Below the pieces are notes generated by a model. The model was given only the letters and a program-made list of their open reading frames with translations. It had not been told where the DNA came from and ran no database searches. 64,000 nucleotides of DNA from an uncultured Bacteroidales bacterium (GTDB lineage: Bacteria > Bacteroidota > Bacteroidia > Bacteroidales > CAZLJX01), in contig CAZLJX010000003.1 of assembly GCA_964559985.1 (NCBI GenBank), forward strand, positions 16,450 through 80,449, written 5' to 3'. Below are positions 10,876 through 20,796 of this stretch, one piece after another. How positions within the stretch are numbered: position 1 is the stretch's first letter; every line of letters starts with the position of its first letter. The translations under genes were made by a program, and so were the position numbers.

Positions 10876-13368
10876 ATGAAAAATCTTATCACTTTCATTG
10901 CCCTTGCTGTATTCACCACAGGCCTTAATGCCCAGACCCGCACTACCATTGCCCAGGCGCGTGCCATGGCAACCGGCACGGTGGTTACAGTAAGTGGTAT
11001 TGTTACGAATGGATCCGAGCTTGGAAACTCCATTCGTTATATGCAGGATCAAACTGCAGGCATAGCCGCTTACAGCAGCACCCTGAGCGGAGTGCTGCGG
11101 GGTGATAGCATCACCGTAACCGGGACACTGAAACTCTATAACCAATTGCTCGAACTTGACCCGGTAGCCAGTTTTACCGTTCACAGCAGCAACAACACGC
11201 TGCCTGTACCACAGGTGATTACTCCTTCGCAGATTGCAGAAGCCTACGAAGCCGAACTCATTCAGATCAACGGTGTAACATTTCAGAATGGTGGAACAGC
11301 TTTTGCCGGTAACACCAATTATAATTTTACTGCCAGTGGTCAGACAGGGGTAGTACGTATGAACAACGGCAACCCTTTGATCGGAACCATGGTTCCCACT
11401 TCAACAGTCACTATGATTGCTATTTGTTCGCAATACAGTTACTCAAGCGCCACTACAGGTTACCAGCTACTGATACGCGACCAGAACGACCTGATAAGCC
11501 AGGCTGCCATAAGTTTCACCACTTCATTATCGGTTGCATCTATCACTCAGAACAGCTTTCAGTTAAGCTGGCAAACCGATGTTGCAGGTACTTCCGAAGC
11601 ATATTATGGCTATACACAAGCATTGGAACTTGGCCAGATACCTTCAACGGGAACCGGAACCGACCATACTTTAAATATTACCGGCCTTGACCCGGGAAAA
11701 ATTGTTTTTGTCAACGCATTTTCAGTCCTTTCGGGCGATACAGCTTTTTCTTCTATCCGCCCGTTTGTTACCCAGTCGGCATCAAGTGGCAACACAAAGA
11801 TTTATTTCACCACCCCGGTTGATAACAACTTTGCTACTACCACCAATGCAAAATTCCTGGACGATCTGGCCGATGATACCCTTTGTGCCTATATCAACCG
11901 CACAAAATATACGCTCGATATGTGTTTTTACAACATTAATCTCAATGTTTTCACCAATGTGCTTAATGCTTTAAATAATGCAGCCACCAGGGGTGTTCAG
12001 GTCAGATTTATTTCCGATGGCGGATCAAACAATTTGGGAATCACGAATCTTGTTTCATCTATTAAAAGACTTACCAGTCCAACCACTTCCGAATATACCA
12101 TTATGCACAACAAGTTTGTGATTATGGATGCCAATTCTGCCGACCCGAATGATCCGCTTGTATGGACCGGTTCGACCAACCTGACCGAAGACCAGATCAA
12201 TCTCGATGCCAACAATGTCATCATCATTCAGGACCAGTCGCTTGCAAAGGTTTATCAGCTTGAATTTGAAGAAATGTGGGGATCCTCTACAGCCAATCCC
12301 AATGCCACATTGGCAAAATTTGGCAAGTTTAAAGCCGATAACACCCCGCACGAACTCATTATCGGAGGCAATCGTGTTGAATGTTATTTCAGCCCATCGG
12401 ACAATACAAACACAAAAATTATCAACACCATTAATTCAGCCAATAGCAATTTAAGCATTGCTACCATGCTGGTTACACGCACCGACCTTGCTTATGCAAT
12501 ACGCGATAAATCCCAGGCTGGTGTTGCTACAAACCTTATTGTTAATAGTTTTGGCGAATGTGGCGATGCTGTTCCACCTATTTTACAACCTGTTCTTGGA
12601 ACCCATTTTGTACAGGACGATGTTGCTCCCGGAACCATGCATAGTAAGTATGTAGTGGTTGATCACAATTCCCCCGGTTCAGACCCTATGCTTTTAACCG
12701 GATCGCACAACTGGAGCAATAATGGCAACAATTCAAACGACGAAAATACGGTAATTATTCACAAAGCAGATATTGCCAACCAGTATTTCCAGCATTTTGC
12801 CTATCGTTTTGTACAAAACAACGGCGTATTCGGCGAATTGACCGATCCGCCGGTTGCCAATATGGACACCGCCTCATGCCTGAAAAACCAGGTTGCCATC
12901 GTTGATGTTCTTGCAAACGATAATTACCAGGCTGCCGTAACGCTTGAAGTTACCGGACATGGTTTGCATGGTTTTGCCGATTTGAGTTTTGTTGGTCAAA
13001 CTATTACCTATACCCCTGTAACAGATTTTGTTGGATTTGATACCATTGTGTATAAAATCTCTTATACTGCAAATACACAATTATTTGATACTGCCCTGCT
13101 GGTGATTGAAGTGAAAAACGGGTCGGCTGTTCAAAGCCTGCCTGCCACAAAATCATGGATATATCCTAATCCTTCCAATGGAACTGTTATGTTACTGAAT
13201 TATACCGAAATCGCAAGCATTGAAATTTATGCAGTCAATGGCGTTAAACTTATCAGCAGGAATGTTGAATCATCTGTAATGGCTACCGGGCTGCAGCCGG
13301 GTGTTTATATGGCCAGAATGAAAATGAAAAACGGAAAGGAATTGATTCAGAAACTTCTGGTGAAATAG
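10876..13368 (+). CDS. T9SS-secreted phospholipase D-superfamily enzyme with two HKD motifs; putative extracellular nuclease/phosphodiesterase
   Basis: 830 aa with a signal peptide. N-terminal OB-like modules of the kind seen in ExeM/NucH nucleases (TIAQARAMATGTVVTVSGIVTNGSELGNSIRYMQDQTAGIAAY). FN3-like segment (FQLSWQTDVAGTSEAYYGYT). HKD 1: MHNKFVIMD...GSTNLTE. HKD 2: MHSKYVVVD...GSHNWSNNG. Cadherin/VCBS-like VDVLANDN segment. T9SS CTD (WIYPNPSNGTVML...GVYMARMKMKNGKELIQKLLVK). Confidence 0.75.
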   Translation: MKNLITFIALAVFTTGLNAQTRTTIAQARAMATGTVVTVSGIVTNGSELGNSIRYMQDQTAGIAAYSSTLSGVLRGDSITVTGTLKLYNQLLELDPVASFTVHSSNNTLPVPQVITPSQIAEAYEAELIQINGVTFQNGGTAFAGNTNYNFTASGQTGVVRMNNGNPLIGTMVPTSTVTMIAICSQYSYSSATTGYQLLIRDQNDLISQAAISFTTSLSVASITQNSFQLSWQTDVAGTSEAYYGYTQALELGQIPSTGTGTDHTLNITGLDPGKIVFVNAFSVLSGDTAFSSIRPFVTQSASSGNTKIYFTTPVDNNFATTTNAKFLDDLADDTLCAYINRTKYTLDMCFYNINLNVFTNVLNALNNAATRGVQVRFISDGGSNNLGITNLVSSIKRLTSPTTSEYTIMHNKFVIMDANSADPNDPLVWTGSTNLTEDQINLDANNVIIIQDQSLAKVYQLEFEEMWGSSTANPNATLAKFGKFKADNTPHELIIGGNRVECYFSPSDNTNTKIINTINSANSNLSIATMLVTRTDLAYAIRDKSQAGVATNLIVNSFGECGDAVPPILQPVLGTHFVQDDVAPGTMHSKYVVVDHNSPGSDPMLLTGSHNWSNNGNNSNDENTVIIHKADIANQYFQHFAYRFVQNNGVFGELTDPPVANMDTASCLKNQVAIVDVLANDNYQAAVTLEVTGHGLHGFADLSFVGQTITYTPVTDFVGFDTIVYKISYTANTQLFDTALLVIEVKNGSAVQSLPATKSWIYPNPSNGTVMLLNYTEIASIEIYAVNGVKLISRNVESSVMATGLQPGVYMARMKMKNGKELIQKLLVK

Positions 13369-13390
13369 TTATAAAAAAAATGCACTTTTA

Positions 13391-13417
13391 AAAGGCCGGT
13401 TACCCGGCCTTTTTTTT
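13391..13417 (+). terminator. intrinsic terminator after the PLD-family gene
   Basis: AAAGGCCGG-TTAC-CCGGCCTTT hairpin followed by a T-run, 23 nt after the stop codon. Confidence 0.7.
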
Positions 13418-13576
13418 ATCCTTGTTATTGCTTTGAAAAATTAAAAAAAATTCAATTTTCACACATCAGTTATCTTAATATATCTAAACCTTTTGTATTT
13501 TTGCCATTTATTTTAAATTGAATTTCATTGGTTTTGAATAACTTAATCATTAAATTTTTTATAGCATTTTTTAAAT

Positions 13577-16222
13577 ATGAAAAGTAAGGACGAAATAGCT
13601 GCAAAATATGATCCCGCTGCAACCGAAGATAAATGGTACAGCTTCTGGATGGAAAATGGTTTTTTTAATGCTGTACCCGATCACCGCGAACCCTATACCA
13701 TTGTTATACCACCACCCAATGTCACAGGGGTACTTCACATGGGGCATATGCTCAATAATACCATACAGGATATTCTTGTAAGGCGTGCACGGATGCAGGG
13801 AAAAAATGCCTGCTGGGTTCCTGGCACCGATCATGCCTCAATTGCTACCGAAGCCAAGGTAGTAGCAAAGCTAAGGGAACAGGGAATAGAAAAATCGCAG
13901 CTTACGAGGGATGAATTTCTGAAACATGCATGGGAATGGAAAGAAAAACATGGCGGAATTATACTCGAGCAACTTAAAAAACTCGGTGCTTCGTGCGACT
14001 GGAACCGTACCTGTTTTACCATGGACAAACAGCGAAGCGAGAGTGTTATCAGGGTTTTTACCGATTTATACAAAAAAGGATATATCTACCGCGGTGTACG
14101 GATGGTTAACTGGGATCCGCAGGCGCTGACAGCTGTTTCGGATGAAGAAGTCATTTACCGCGAAGTTAATTCAAAACTGTATTATGTCATTTATAAGGTT
14201 GAAGATAATGATAATGAATTTATTACAATAGCTACTACCCGCCCCGAAACCATTCTCGGCGATACAGCAGTTTGTGTCAACCCGGCCGACCCCCGGTATA
14301 CAACATTGATCGGGAAAAAAGTAGTTGTACCATTGATAAACCGTGTTGTACCTGTCATTGCCGATGAATATGTTGACATGGAATTTGGAACCGGAGCCCT
14401 TAAAATAACCCCGGCTCACGATATAAACGATTACCGCATAGGACAGAAATATAACCTCCCGTCGGTTGATATTTTCAATCCCGATGGCACTTTAAGCCCC
14501 GCAGCACAAATTCTTACCGGAACCGACCGTTTTGCTGCCCGCGAAAAAATTATCCCTATGCTTCAGCAAGCCGGATTGCTGGTAAAAACCGAAAATTACG
14601 TCAATAAAGTTGGCTTTTCTGAACGTACCGATGCTGTCATTGAACCACGCCTGTCGATGCAGTGGTTTTGCCGCATGAAAGACCTGGGAACTCCTGCACT
14701 CGAAAATGTTATGAATGACAACATTACTTTTTTCCCGGCAAAAATGAAAAATACTTATCGTCACTGGATGGAAAATATACAGGATTGGTGTATATCCAGA
14801 CAGTTATGGTGGGGACACCGTATTCCGGCATGGTACCTGCCCGATAATGATTTTGTAGTAGCCGAGAACGAAGAAGAAGCATTGCAGCTTGCCCGTGAAA
14901 AAACCGGAAATAATAACCTGCAAATCAGTGACCTGAAGCAGGACGAAGATGTACTTGACACCTGGTTCAGCTCGTGGCTGTGGCCTTTATCGGTATTCAA
15001 CGGCATTATAGAACCCGACAACAAAGACATTACGTATTACTATCCGACCAACGACCTGGTAACAGCACCCGAAATCATGTTTTTCTGGGTTGCCCGCATG
15101 ATTATTGCCGGTTATGAATATCGCAACGATAAACCTTTTCAGAATGTTTATTTTACAGGCATTGTCCGCGATAAACAAGGAAGGAAAATGTCAAAATCGC
15201 TCGGCAATTCTCCCGACCCGATTGAACTGATGAAAAGCTATGGCGCTGACGGCGTGAGGGTTGGTATGCTTTTATGTTCTCCCGCAGGAAACGACCTGCT
15301 GTTTGACGAAAACCTTACAGAACAGGGACGCAACTTCGGAAACAAAATTTGGAATGCATTCAGGCTGGTTTCATCATGGCAGGTAAGTCAACAAGCAGCT
15401 CAGCCATTATCGGCTTGTGAAGCAATAAGTTGGTTCGATGCACGCCTTCATCAGGCCATAGAAAACATTGACGATCATTTTTTAAAATACCGCCTCAGCG
15501 ATGCGCTGATGGAAATTTATAAACTGTTCTGGGACGATTTTTCTTCCTGGTATCTCGAAGTGATTAAACCACAGTTCGGATCACCGGTCGATGAAAAAAC
15601 TTACCATGCCACTGTCACATTTTTTGAGGCGCTTCTGAAATTATTACATCCCTTCATGCCTTTTATCACCGAAGAAATCTGGGACCATTTAGGCAATCGC
15701 TCAAAATTGGACCGGATCATTGTTGCCCCTTGGCCAAAGAGCCAGTCTGCTGATACAAGCCTGATCAAAAAATTTGAAGATGTGAAAGAAATTGTTGCAC
15801 AGATCAGAAATATCAGAAAAGAAAAAAATATTCCATTCCGCGACCCTTGTCTCTTAATGATAAAAACCAATAAACACGCTTATAACAAAAGTTTTGACAA
15901 TCTGCTGGCAAAGCTCTGCAACCTGTCATCCATTGAAATGGCCGACAATAAAGTAGGTAACAGTGCATCGTTTGTGATTAAATCCATCGAATTTTTTGTT
16001 CCCTTAACGGGAAATATTGATCATTCATCAGAAATGGATAAGATAAAGGAAGAGCTTGATTATACGCGGGGTTTTCTCGAAAGCGTGATGAAAAAACTCG
16101 GAAATGAAAAATTTGTGGGTAATGCACCGGCACAGGTTGTTGAAATTGAACGCCGTAAATTAGCCGATGCAGAGGCAAAAATCAAAGTACTGGAAGAAAA
16201 ACTGAAACATCTGAAAAACTAA
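13577..16222 (+). CDS. valS: valine--tRNA ligase
   Basis: 881 aa. [15 protein letters not shown] (HIGH), KMSKSLGN (KMSKS), C-terminal coiled coil. Length and motifs are typical of ValS. Confidence 0.97.
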   Translation: MKSKDEIAAKYDPAATEDKWYSFWMENGFFNAVPDHREPYTIVIPPPNVTGVLHMGHMLNNTIQDILVRRARMQGKNACWVPGTDHASIATEAKVVAKLREQGIEKSQLTRDEFLKHAWEWKEKHGGIILEQLKKLGASCDWNRTCFTMDKQRSESVIRVFTDLYKKGYIYRGVRMVNWDPQALTAVSDEEVIYREVNSKLYYVIYKVEDNDNEFITIATTRPETILGDTAVCVNPADPRYTTLIGKKVVVPLINRVVPVIADEYVDMEFGTGALKITPAHDINDYRIGQKYNLPSVDIFNPDGTLSPAAQILTGTDRFAAREKIIPMLQQAGLLVKTENYVNKVGFSERTDAVIEPRLSMQWFCRMKDLGTPALENVMNDNITFFPAKMKNTYRHWMENIQDWCISRQLWWGHRIPAWYLPDNDFVVAENEEEALQLAREKTGNNNLQISDLKQDEDVLDTWFSSWLWPLSVFNGIIEPDNKDITYYYPTNDLVTAPEIMFFWVARMIIAGYEYRNDKPFQNVYFTGIVRDKQGRKMSKSLGNSPDPIELMKSYGADGVRVGMLLCSPAGNDLLFDENLTEQGRNFGNKIWNAFRLVSSWQVSQQAAQPLSACEAISWFDARLHQAIENIDDHFLKYRLSDALMEIYKLFWDDFSSWYLEVIKPQFGSPVDEKTYHATVTFFEALLKLLHPFMPFITEEIWDHLGNRSKLDRIIVAPWPKSQSADTSLIKKFEDVKEIVAQIRNIRKEKNIPFRDPCLLMIKTNKHAYNKSFDNLLAKLCNLSSIEMADNKVGNSASFVIKSIEFFVPLTGNIDHSSEMDKIKEELDYTRGFLESVMKKLGNEKFVGNAPAQVVEIERRKLADAEAKIKVLEEKLKHLKN

Positions 16223-16226
16223 CCCC

Positions 16227-16895
16227 ATGAAAAAATCACTGTCCGGTTGGTTGCCCGTGCTTACCTTTATATTTGCCGGTTGCAGTGTAATGAAAGTTTC
16301 ACAACGCGATCCTGCCGATATAAAAGATCTTTATCTGGTTCATCCTGTTTCGGAAATAGAATATGTAACCAAAGGGAACCGGATGCAATACAGCAGAAAC
16401 TTTTCCGATAGCTGCACGCGCATCATGGCTGTCGAATTGCCTGTTTTGCTGCCCGATCGCAATGTCCGGCACATGGAATATGATATAGACACCACCCGAA
16501 TGCTTGAACAAGAAGTTGCCAGATTATTTCAGTACATCGGGGACAGAAAAGAAATTGCAAATTTATGCATCAACCGTACGATTGATGAAATTCTTGCCAG
16601 CCGTAATATTGATTATGCCATGTTTTTATGGGCTACCGGCTATACCCGCACAAACAGCAATTTTGCCGGACAAATTGCTTTAGGAGTAGCTGTTGCTATT
16701 ATTTCTGTCGGAAGTGTTTATTACGCCCCGGTAAAATCAGTTGTCAACCTTAAAGTAATCATCATTGACAGGCAGAATAAGAATATTGCCATGTATAACC
16801 ATCAATACCTGCAAAATTATGATCCGCTCAAACCCCGCGATATGCGCATTGCCCTGAAAAATCTTACACATCGCTATTTTTATAAAAACAGGTAG
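16227..16895 (+). CDS. hypothetical lipoprotein
   Basis: 222 aa. Lipobox-like LTFIFAGCSV. Starts 4 nt after the valS stop. One internal hydrophobic segment (IALGVAVAIISVGSVYY). No motif recognised. Confidence 0.5.
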   Translation: MKKSLSGWLPVLTFIFAGCSVMKVSQRDPADIKDLYLVHPVSEIEYVTKGNRMQYSRNFSDSCTRIMAVELPVLLPDRNVRHMEYDIDTTRMLEQEVARLFQYIGDRKEIANLCINRTIDEILASRNIDYAMFLWATGYTRTNSNFAGQIALGVAVAIISVGSVYYAPVKSVVNLKVIIIDRQNKNIAMYNHQYLQNYDPLKPRDMRIALKNLTHRYFYKNR

Positions 16896-17094
16896 TAATC
16901 CCTTGCTCTTTCCGCAGGCACAATCAACAACATATAACAAAATTATACCGGAAGTCAGGATATCGCAATCAATGCGGATTACATCCATCCATTTTTCCTA
17001 CTCGGTTGTATATCATTCATTCATGAATTATTTATGTGGATTCGGAATTCACCTTTTTTTTATACCTTTATTCAATATTTAAACCGGAACTATT

Positions 17095-18444
17095 ATGGAA
17101 AACCTAATGATTGACTTAAAAGGTCTCTTTCCGTTCATTACTGAGGAAGAGATAAAAAAAATGATGCCGCTGGTTAAAAAACAAACCGAAACTGTATATG
17201 CAAAAACCGGGAAAGGGAATGAATTTCTCGGGTGGGTCACTTTGCCCGGTGAAATAACCCAACCACTGCTGGATGATATTAATGCAACAGCTTATGAACT
17301 TCAAAAAAATTCACAGATTGTTGTAGTAGTGGGTATAGGAGGCTCTTATCTGGGCGCCAAAGCAGTGATGGAAGCCCTGGGGCATTCACTCGGACATTTG
17401 CTCCCGCAGAAAAAGCATCCGGTGGTTTTGTTTGCCGGACACCAGATTAGCCAGGACTATCATGCCGAACTGATGGCTTTGCTGAAACAGTTTGATTATT
17501 CTGTTATTGTTATTTCCAAATCGGGAACTACTACCGAACCGGCCATTGCTTTCAGATTGCTGAAAAACGATCTTGAAGCCAGATACGGGAAACAGGGCGC
17601 TCAAAAGCGTATTGTTGCCATCACCGATAAATCAAAAGGTGCTTTACGCGATCTGGCAGGTAGAGAAGGTTATAAAACCTATGTCATCCCCGATGATGTC
17701 GGTGGGCGCTATTCGGTACTTACACCGGTAGGTCTGCTACCTGTGGCTGTTGCAGGTTTTGATATACAACAACTGGCAGCAGGTGCTGTTTCCATGTCAA
17801 AACTTACTGCCCCTGAAGTGGAATTCTTCAAAAATCCGGCCGCCGTTTATGCAACCATAAGAAACCTGTTGCTGCAAAAAGGAAAAACCATCGAATTACT
17901 GGTCAATTACAATCCGAAATTGCATTATATGGCTGAATGGTGGAAACAACTGTATGGCGAAAGTGAAGGTAAAGAGCACAAAGGGATTTTCCCTGCCAGT
18001 GTCGATTTCACTTCAGACCTGCATTCCATGGGGCAATACATCCAGGACGGGCCTCGAAATATGTTTGAAACAGTCATTTCTGTTCAGAAATCGCAGCAAA
18101 ACCTCATAATTCCTTTTGATGACAGCAACCTCGACAAACTTAACTTCCTTTCAGGGCAATCGTTTGACCAGGTAAATCAGATGGCAGAACTGGGAACCAT
18201 GATTGCCCATGTCGATGGCGGGGTTCCGGTTATCCGTATTCAGATACCCCAGATCAATGCTTTTTCTATCGGACAACTTATTTATTTCTTCGAAATGGGA
18301 TGTGCCATCAGTGGTTATATGCTGGGAGTAAATCCTTTTGATCAACCCGGAGTGGAAGCGTATAAAAACAACATGTTTGCTTTGCTGCGTAAACCCGGAT
18401 TTGAAGATGCAACCAAAAAAATCAACCAACGGCTGAATTTATAA
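17095..18444 (+). CDS. pgi: glucose-6-phosphate isomerase (short ~450-aa form)
   Basis: 449 aa. VVVGIGGSYLGA, ISKSGTTTEP, GGRYSVLTPVGLLP and YGESEGKEHKG are typical of Pgi. Confidence 0.93.
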   Translation: MENLMIDLKGLFPFITEEEIKKMMPLVKKQTETVYAKTGKGNEFLGWVTLPGEITQPLLDDINATAYELQKNSQIVVVVGIGGSYLGAKAVMEALGHSLGHLLPQKKHPVVLFAGHQISQDYHAELMALLKQFDYSVIVISKSGTTTEPAIAFRLLKNDLEARYGKQGAQKRIVAITDKSKGALRDLAGREGYKTYVIPDDVGGRYSVLTPVGLLPVAVAGFDIQQLAAGAVSMSKLTAPEVEFFKNPAAVYATIRNLLLQKGKTIELLVNYNPKLHYMAEWWKQLYGESEGKEHKGIFPASVDFTSDLHSMGQYIQDGPRNMFETVISVQKSQQNLIIPFDDSNLDKLNFLSGQSFDQVNQMAELGTMIAHVDGGVPVIRIQIPQINAFSIGQLIYFFEMGCAISGYMLGVNPFDQPGVEAYKNNMFALLRKPGFEDATKKINQRLNL

Positions 18445-18497
18445 TGTGTTTTATTTTTTTATCATAGATTATTTAACAACATTAAAAACAACCTCTT

Positions 18498-19439
18498 ATG
18501 GAAAAATTACCCGTTCATTACCGTTTGGAGGGAAAAAACCTGTTTCAGTTATTCCTCCTTATCTACCTGTTTATGATCCCGTATTTCTATGCAGCTTTTC
18601 AGTTGCAGAAACTGGCACTCACTGGCGATAACAGTCAGCTGGTCTGGATTGTACCCGTTTTACTGATTTGCCTTATTGGCCTCATCTGGTACTCATATAT
18701 GTTTAAAGGATTGTTTATTTCTGGGTTTTCAGTCGATGGTATCAATATTGATTTTACACCCAAGCCATGGTCTTTTCTCGGAAAAATTATTGGTGGTTTA
18801 ATCCTCACAGTTATTACCATCTGCATATATTTTCCGTGGTATATCAGGGACCTCACTGCAGCTTTTGCCGGCAGGGTTTCGGCCAACAATACTTTTTGCA
18901 GGTTTGAAGGAAAAGGGGGCCGTCTTTTTGTCATTTTTATCCTTTCCATGTTATTGCCGGTCATTGTATTTGCCCTCATTTTTTCACGGGTGGTCGATAT
19001 TAAATCTATGAATTTTTTTGAGCAGTGGGTTTACCAGTTGATCATTCTGCTGATCATAACCCCATTTATGTATCTGATGTACAAATGGATGATAGATTAT
19101 ACCTACAACCAGTTACACATTCGCTGGATAACCAGTTTCTGGCCATCGGTAATGAAACTGGCTGCTGAAATGGCATTAACTGTCATTACATTGGGAATTT
19201 ATTTCCCGGCAGCTGTCGTTAAGCTTTACAACTATTTCATTTCGCAAACCATTGCCGGAAACCCCGGAGAAAATTTCAAATACCGGCTTCATGGTGAAGT
19301 TGACGTTACGAAAGGATTTCTGCTGATTTGGGGACAAGTCCTGCTTTCGTTGATTACACTAGGGTTGTATGCTCCATGGGCCATGGTAAAATGTACCAAT
19401 TTTTTCCTTGAAAAAACCTGGATTGAAAAACAGATATAA
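18498..19439 (+). CDS. DUF898/YjgN-family multi-pass membrane protein
   Basis: 313 aa, about 8 hydrophobic helices. Recurring G(I/L)Y(F/A)PW-type motif: ICIYFPWYIRDL, LGIYFPAAVVKL, LGLYAPWAMVKC. Confidence 0.6.
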   Translation: MEKLPVHYRLEGKNLFQLFLLIYLFMIPYFYAAFQLQKLALTGDNSQLVWIVPVLLICLIGLIWYSYMFKGLFISGFSVDGINIDFTPKPWSFLGKIIGGLILTVITICIYFPWYIRDLTAAFAGRVSANNTFCRFEGKGGRLFVIFILSMLLPVIVFALIFSRVVDIKSMNFFEQWVYQLIILLIITPFMYLMYKWMIDYTYNQLHIRWITSFWPSVMKLAAEMALTVITLGIYFPAAVVKLYNYFISQTIAGNPGENFKYRLHGEVDVTKGFLLIWGQVLLSLITLGLYAPWAMVKCTNFFLEKTWIEKQI

Positions 19440-19463
19440 TATTAATTATTAAAATGTTAATAA

Positions 19464-19495
19464 GGTGGACAAACCATAATTGTTCACCTTTTTTT
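19464..19495. terminator. bidirectional hairpin shared by the convergent DUF898 and flavin reductase genes
   Basis: GGTGGACAA-ACCATAA-TTGTTCACC (9 bp, one G-U pair) followed by T7 on the + strand. On the - strand the same hairpin is followed by a U/A-rich stretch. The flavin reductase stop codon (19484-19486) lies inside the 3' arm. Confidence 0.55.
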
Positions 19496-20083
19496 CTGTG
19501 ATATTTTTTTCTGCTTTGGTTTTTTATCGGCCGAAAAACCGAATTTCCCGATTTGTTTTCCGAGTGCATAATAATTTCCGTGAGCATAACATAACAACCC
19601 GTTTCCGGTAAGTTTGTACTGGCTGATGTTTTTGTCGTAAAGTTCTTCATTGCCATGAATGGCTTTCACCTCGGCCATAAACATGTGGTGCGACCCCAGT
19701 GGTATAATATCAGTTACAGCACATTCGATATTCAGGGGCGACTGAAGAATAAGCGGGGCATTGACTACCGATGCAGGTACAGGAGTCAGGCCGGTTACGC
19801 TGAATTTATCAATATCCCTTCCCGATTTGATGCCGCAGAAATCAGTTTCATCAACCATATCGGGTGTGGTCAGATTGATAACAAATGCCCTTGTACGGCT
19901 GATAATATCGAATGAATAACGCTCCGGCCGCAATGAAATATAACACATTGGCGGACTGGTGCATAAGGTTCCTGTCCATGCTACAGTGACCAGATTATAT
20001 TCTTCCTCATTTTCGCCACAACTTACCAGAACTGCCGGTAACGGATAAATCATGGTGCCGGCTTTTAACAAAATTTTTCCCAT
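19484..20083 (-). CDS. flavin reductase-like (FMN-binding split-barrel) protein
   Basis: 199 aa. YPLPAVLVSCG...YNLVTVAWTGTLCTSPPMCYISLRPERYSFDII...AFVINL matches the flavin reductase-like domain pattern. Lys-rich C-terminal tail KKPKQKKISQKKR. Confidence 0.75.
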   Translation of the reverse strand: MGKILLKAGTMIYPLPAVLVSCGENEEEYNLVTVAWTGTLCTSPPMCYISLRPERYSFDIISRTRAFVINLTTPDMVDETDFCGIKSGRDIDKFSVTGLTPVPASVVNAPLILQSPLNIECAVTDIIPLGSHHMFMAEVKAIHGNEELYDKNISQYKLTGNGLLCYAHGNYYALGKQIGKFGFSADKKPKQKKISQKKR

Positions 20084-20172
20084 TTTACCTGCATTTTGTT
20101 ACTATTTTGATTTTTACAAAGTAAATATACATTTTTTTTCTTTTTTGCAGAAGGAAAATTACAGCCGGCATA

Positions 20173-20204
20173 TTGACTTTGGCATTTAAAATGTTGTATA
20201 TTTG
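20173..20204 (+). promoter_or_regulatory. candidate Bacteroidota sigma-A promoter (TTG-N21-TATATTTG) with no downstream + strand ORF
   Basis: TTG at 20173-20175 and TATATTTG at 20197-20204, separated by 21 nt. This fits the Bacteroides-type -33/-7 consensus TTG/TAnnTTTG. Confidence 0.35.
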
Positions 20205-20209
20205 TATCG

Positions 20210-20273
20210 GTTCCACGGGGTGTGAAAATACCTCAAGAACCCCCTCCCAAGGCTACTGGTCTTGGGTTTTTTT
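20210..20273 (+). ncRNA. candidate ~60-nt small RNA (orphan promoter plus intrinsic terminator), convergent with the nuclease-like gene
   Basis: Lies downstream of the promoter above. 5' hairpin: GGTTC..GGGGT-GTGAAAAT-ACCTC..GAACC. 3' hairpin: CCCAAG-GCTACTGGT-CTTGGG followed by T7 (20267-20273). No ORF. The T-tail orientation fits only the + strand. Confidence 0.25.
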
Positions 20274-20796
20274 ATTTCCAATTCAGTAATTCATCAATAA
20301 TTCCTTCGTTATAATCACGCTTTGTTATTAAGACAACATTATTGTTTTTGATTATCATCAACCCATATAGATCATTGCTCTTCCGGAAAGATTCTTTCAC
20401 ACCATCAACTACGTTTCCCAAATTCATACTATCGCAATTGACGCAATAGAACCTTGCCTGACTTTCATCCCTGATATTATTGTAAAGGGTGTTTTTGGTA
20501 TTCCCTTCAGTAGTTTTAATATCAAAGACGACATCATTAATGTAGCAATCAGGGTTTTTGGTTCTCTCAATTTCCTTCTTTGTTTTATCGTCAACTGCTT
20601 TAGCCTTGAACCTAACCCTTTCGCCATTATTAACAAGTTTTTGGGCAGCAATTAATTCTTTTTTATTTAACGAAACATCCTTCTCTTTTAAACAGTATCC
20701 ACCGGATTTATTATTAAAAGGAATAACAACCTCATGAACTCCTTTTTCGAAGAAGCGCAAAAAATTAATCAACAATAAGCTTTTTAATACGCTCAA
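20272..20796 (-). CDS. stand-alone PD-(D/E)xK-like protein resembling C-terminal nuclease domains of polymorphic/CDI toxins (function tentative)
   Basis: 174 aa. ...AAQKLVNNGERVRFKAK...KNPDCYINDVVFDIKTTEGN has a PD followed 8 residues later by D-I-K, in the context seen in restriction-endonuclease-fold toxin domains. There is no in-frame ATG near the 5' end; the track start is TTG. Overlaps the upstream cyclase gene by 32 nt. Very AT-rich. Confidence 0.5.
   Translation of the reverse strand: MSVLKSLLLINFLRFFEKGVHEVVIPFNNKSGGYCLKEKDVSLNKKELIAAQKLVNNGERVRFKAKAVDDKTKKEIERTKNPDCYINDVVFDIKTTEGNTKNTLYNNIRDESQARFYCVNCDSMNLGNVVDGVKESFRKSNDLYGLMIIKNNNVVLITKRDYNEGIIDELLNWK

Noticed and set aside
10735-11184. 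149-aa minus-strand ORF spanning the TBDR/PLD gene junction
   Set aside because: It is antisense to two well-supported plus-strand genes and has no motifs.
18498-19439. Three-fold internal GxY(F/A)PW motif of the membrane protein as a novel repeat
   Set aside because: This recurring motif is the hallmark of the DUF898/YjgN family itself, so it is not new.
20205-20275. Possible tRNA or tRNA fragment (GGTTCC... followed by a hairpin)
   Set aside because: It has no cloverleaf, no T-loop GTTCGAATC-type sequence and no acceptor-stem complementarity, and it is too short.
20424-20651. 75-aa minus-strand ORF as a possible immunity gene for the nuclease-like protein
   Set aside because: It lies entirely inside the 174-aa ORF in another frame. 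An overlapping alternative frame in AT-rich DNA is not credible as a separate gene without further evidence.
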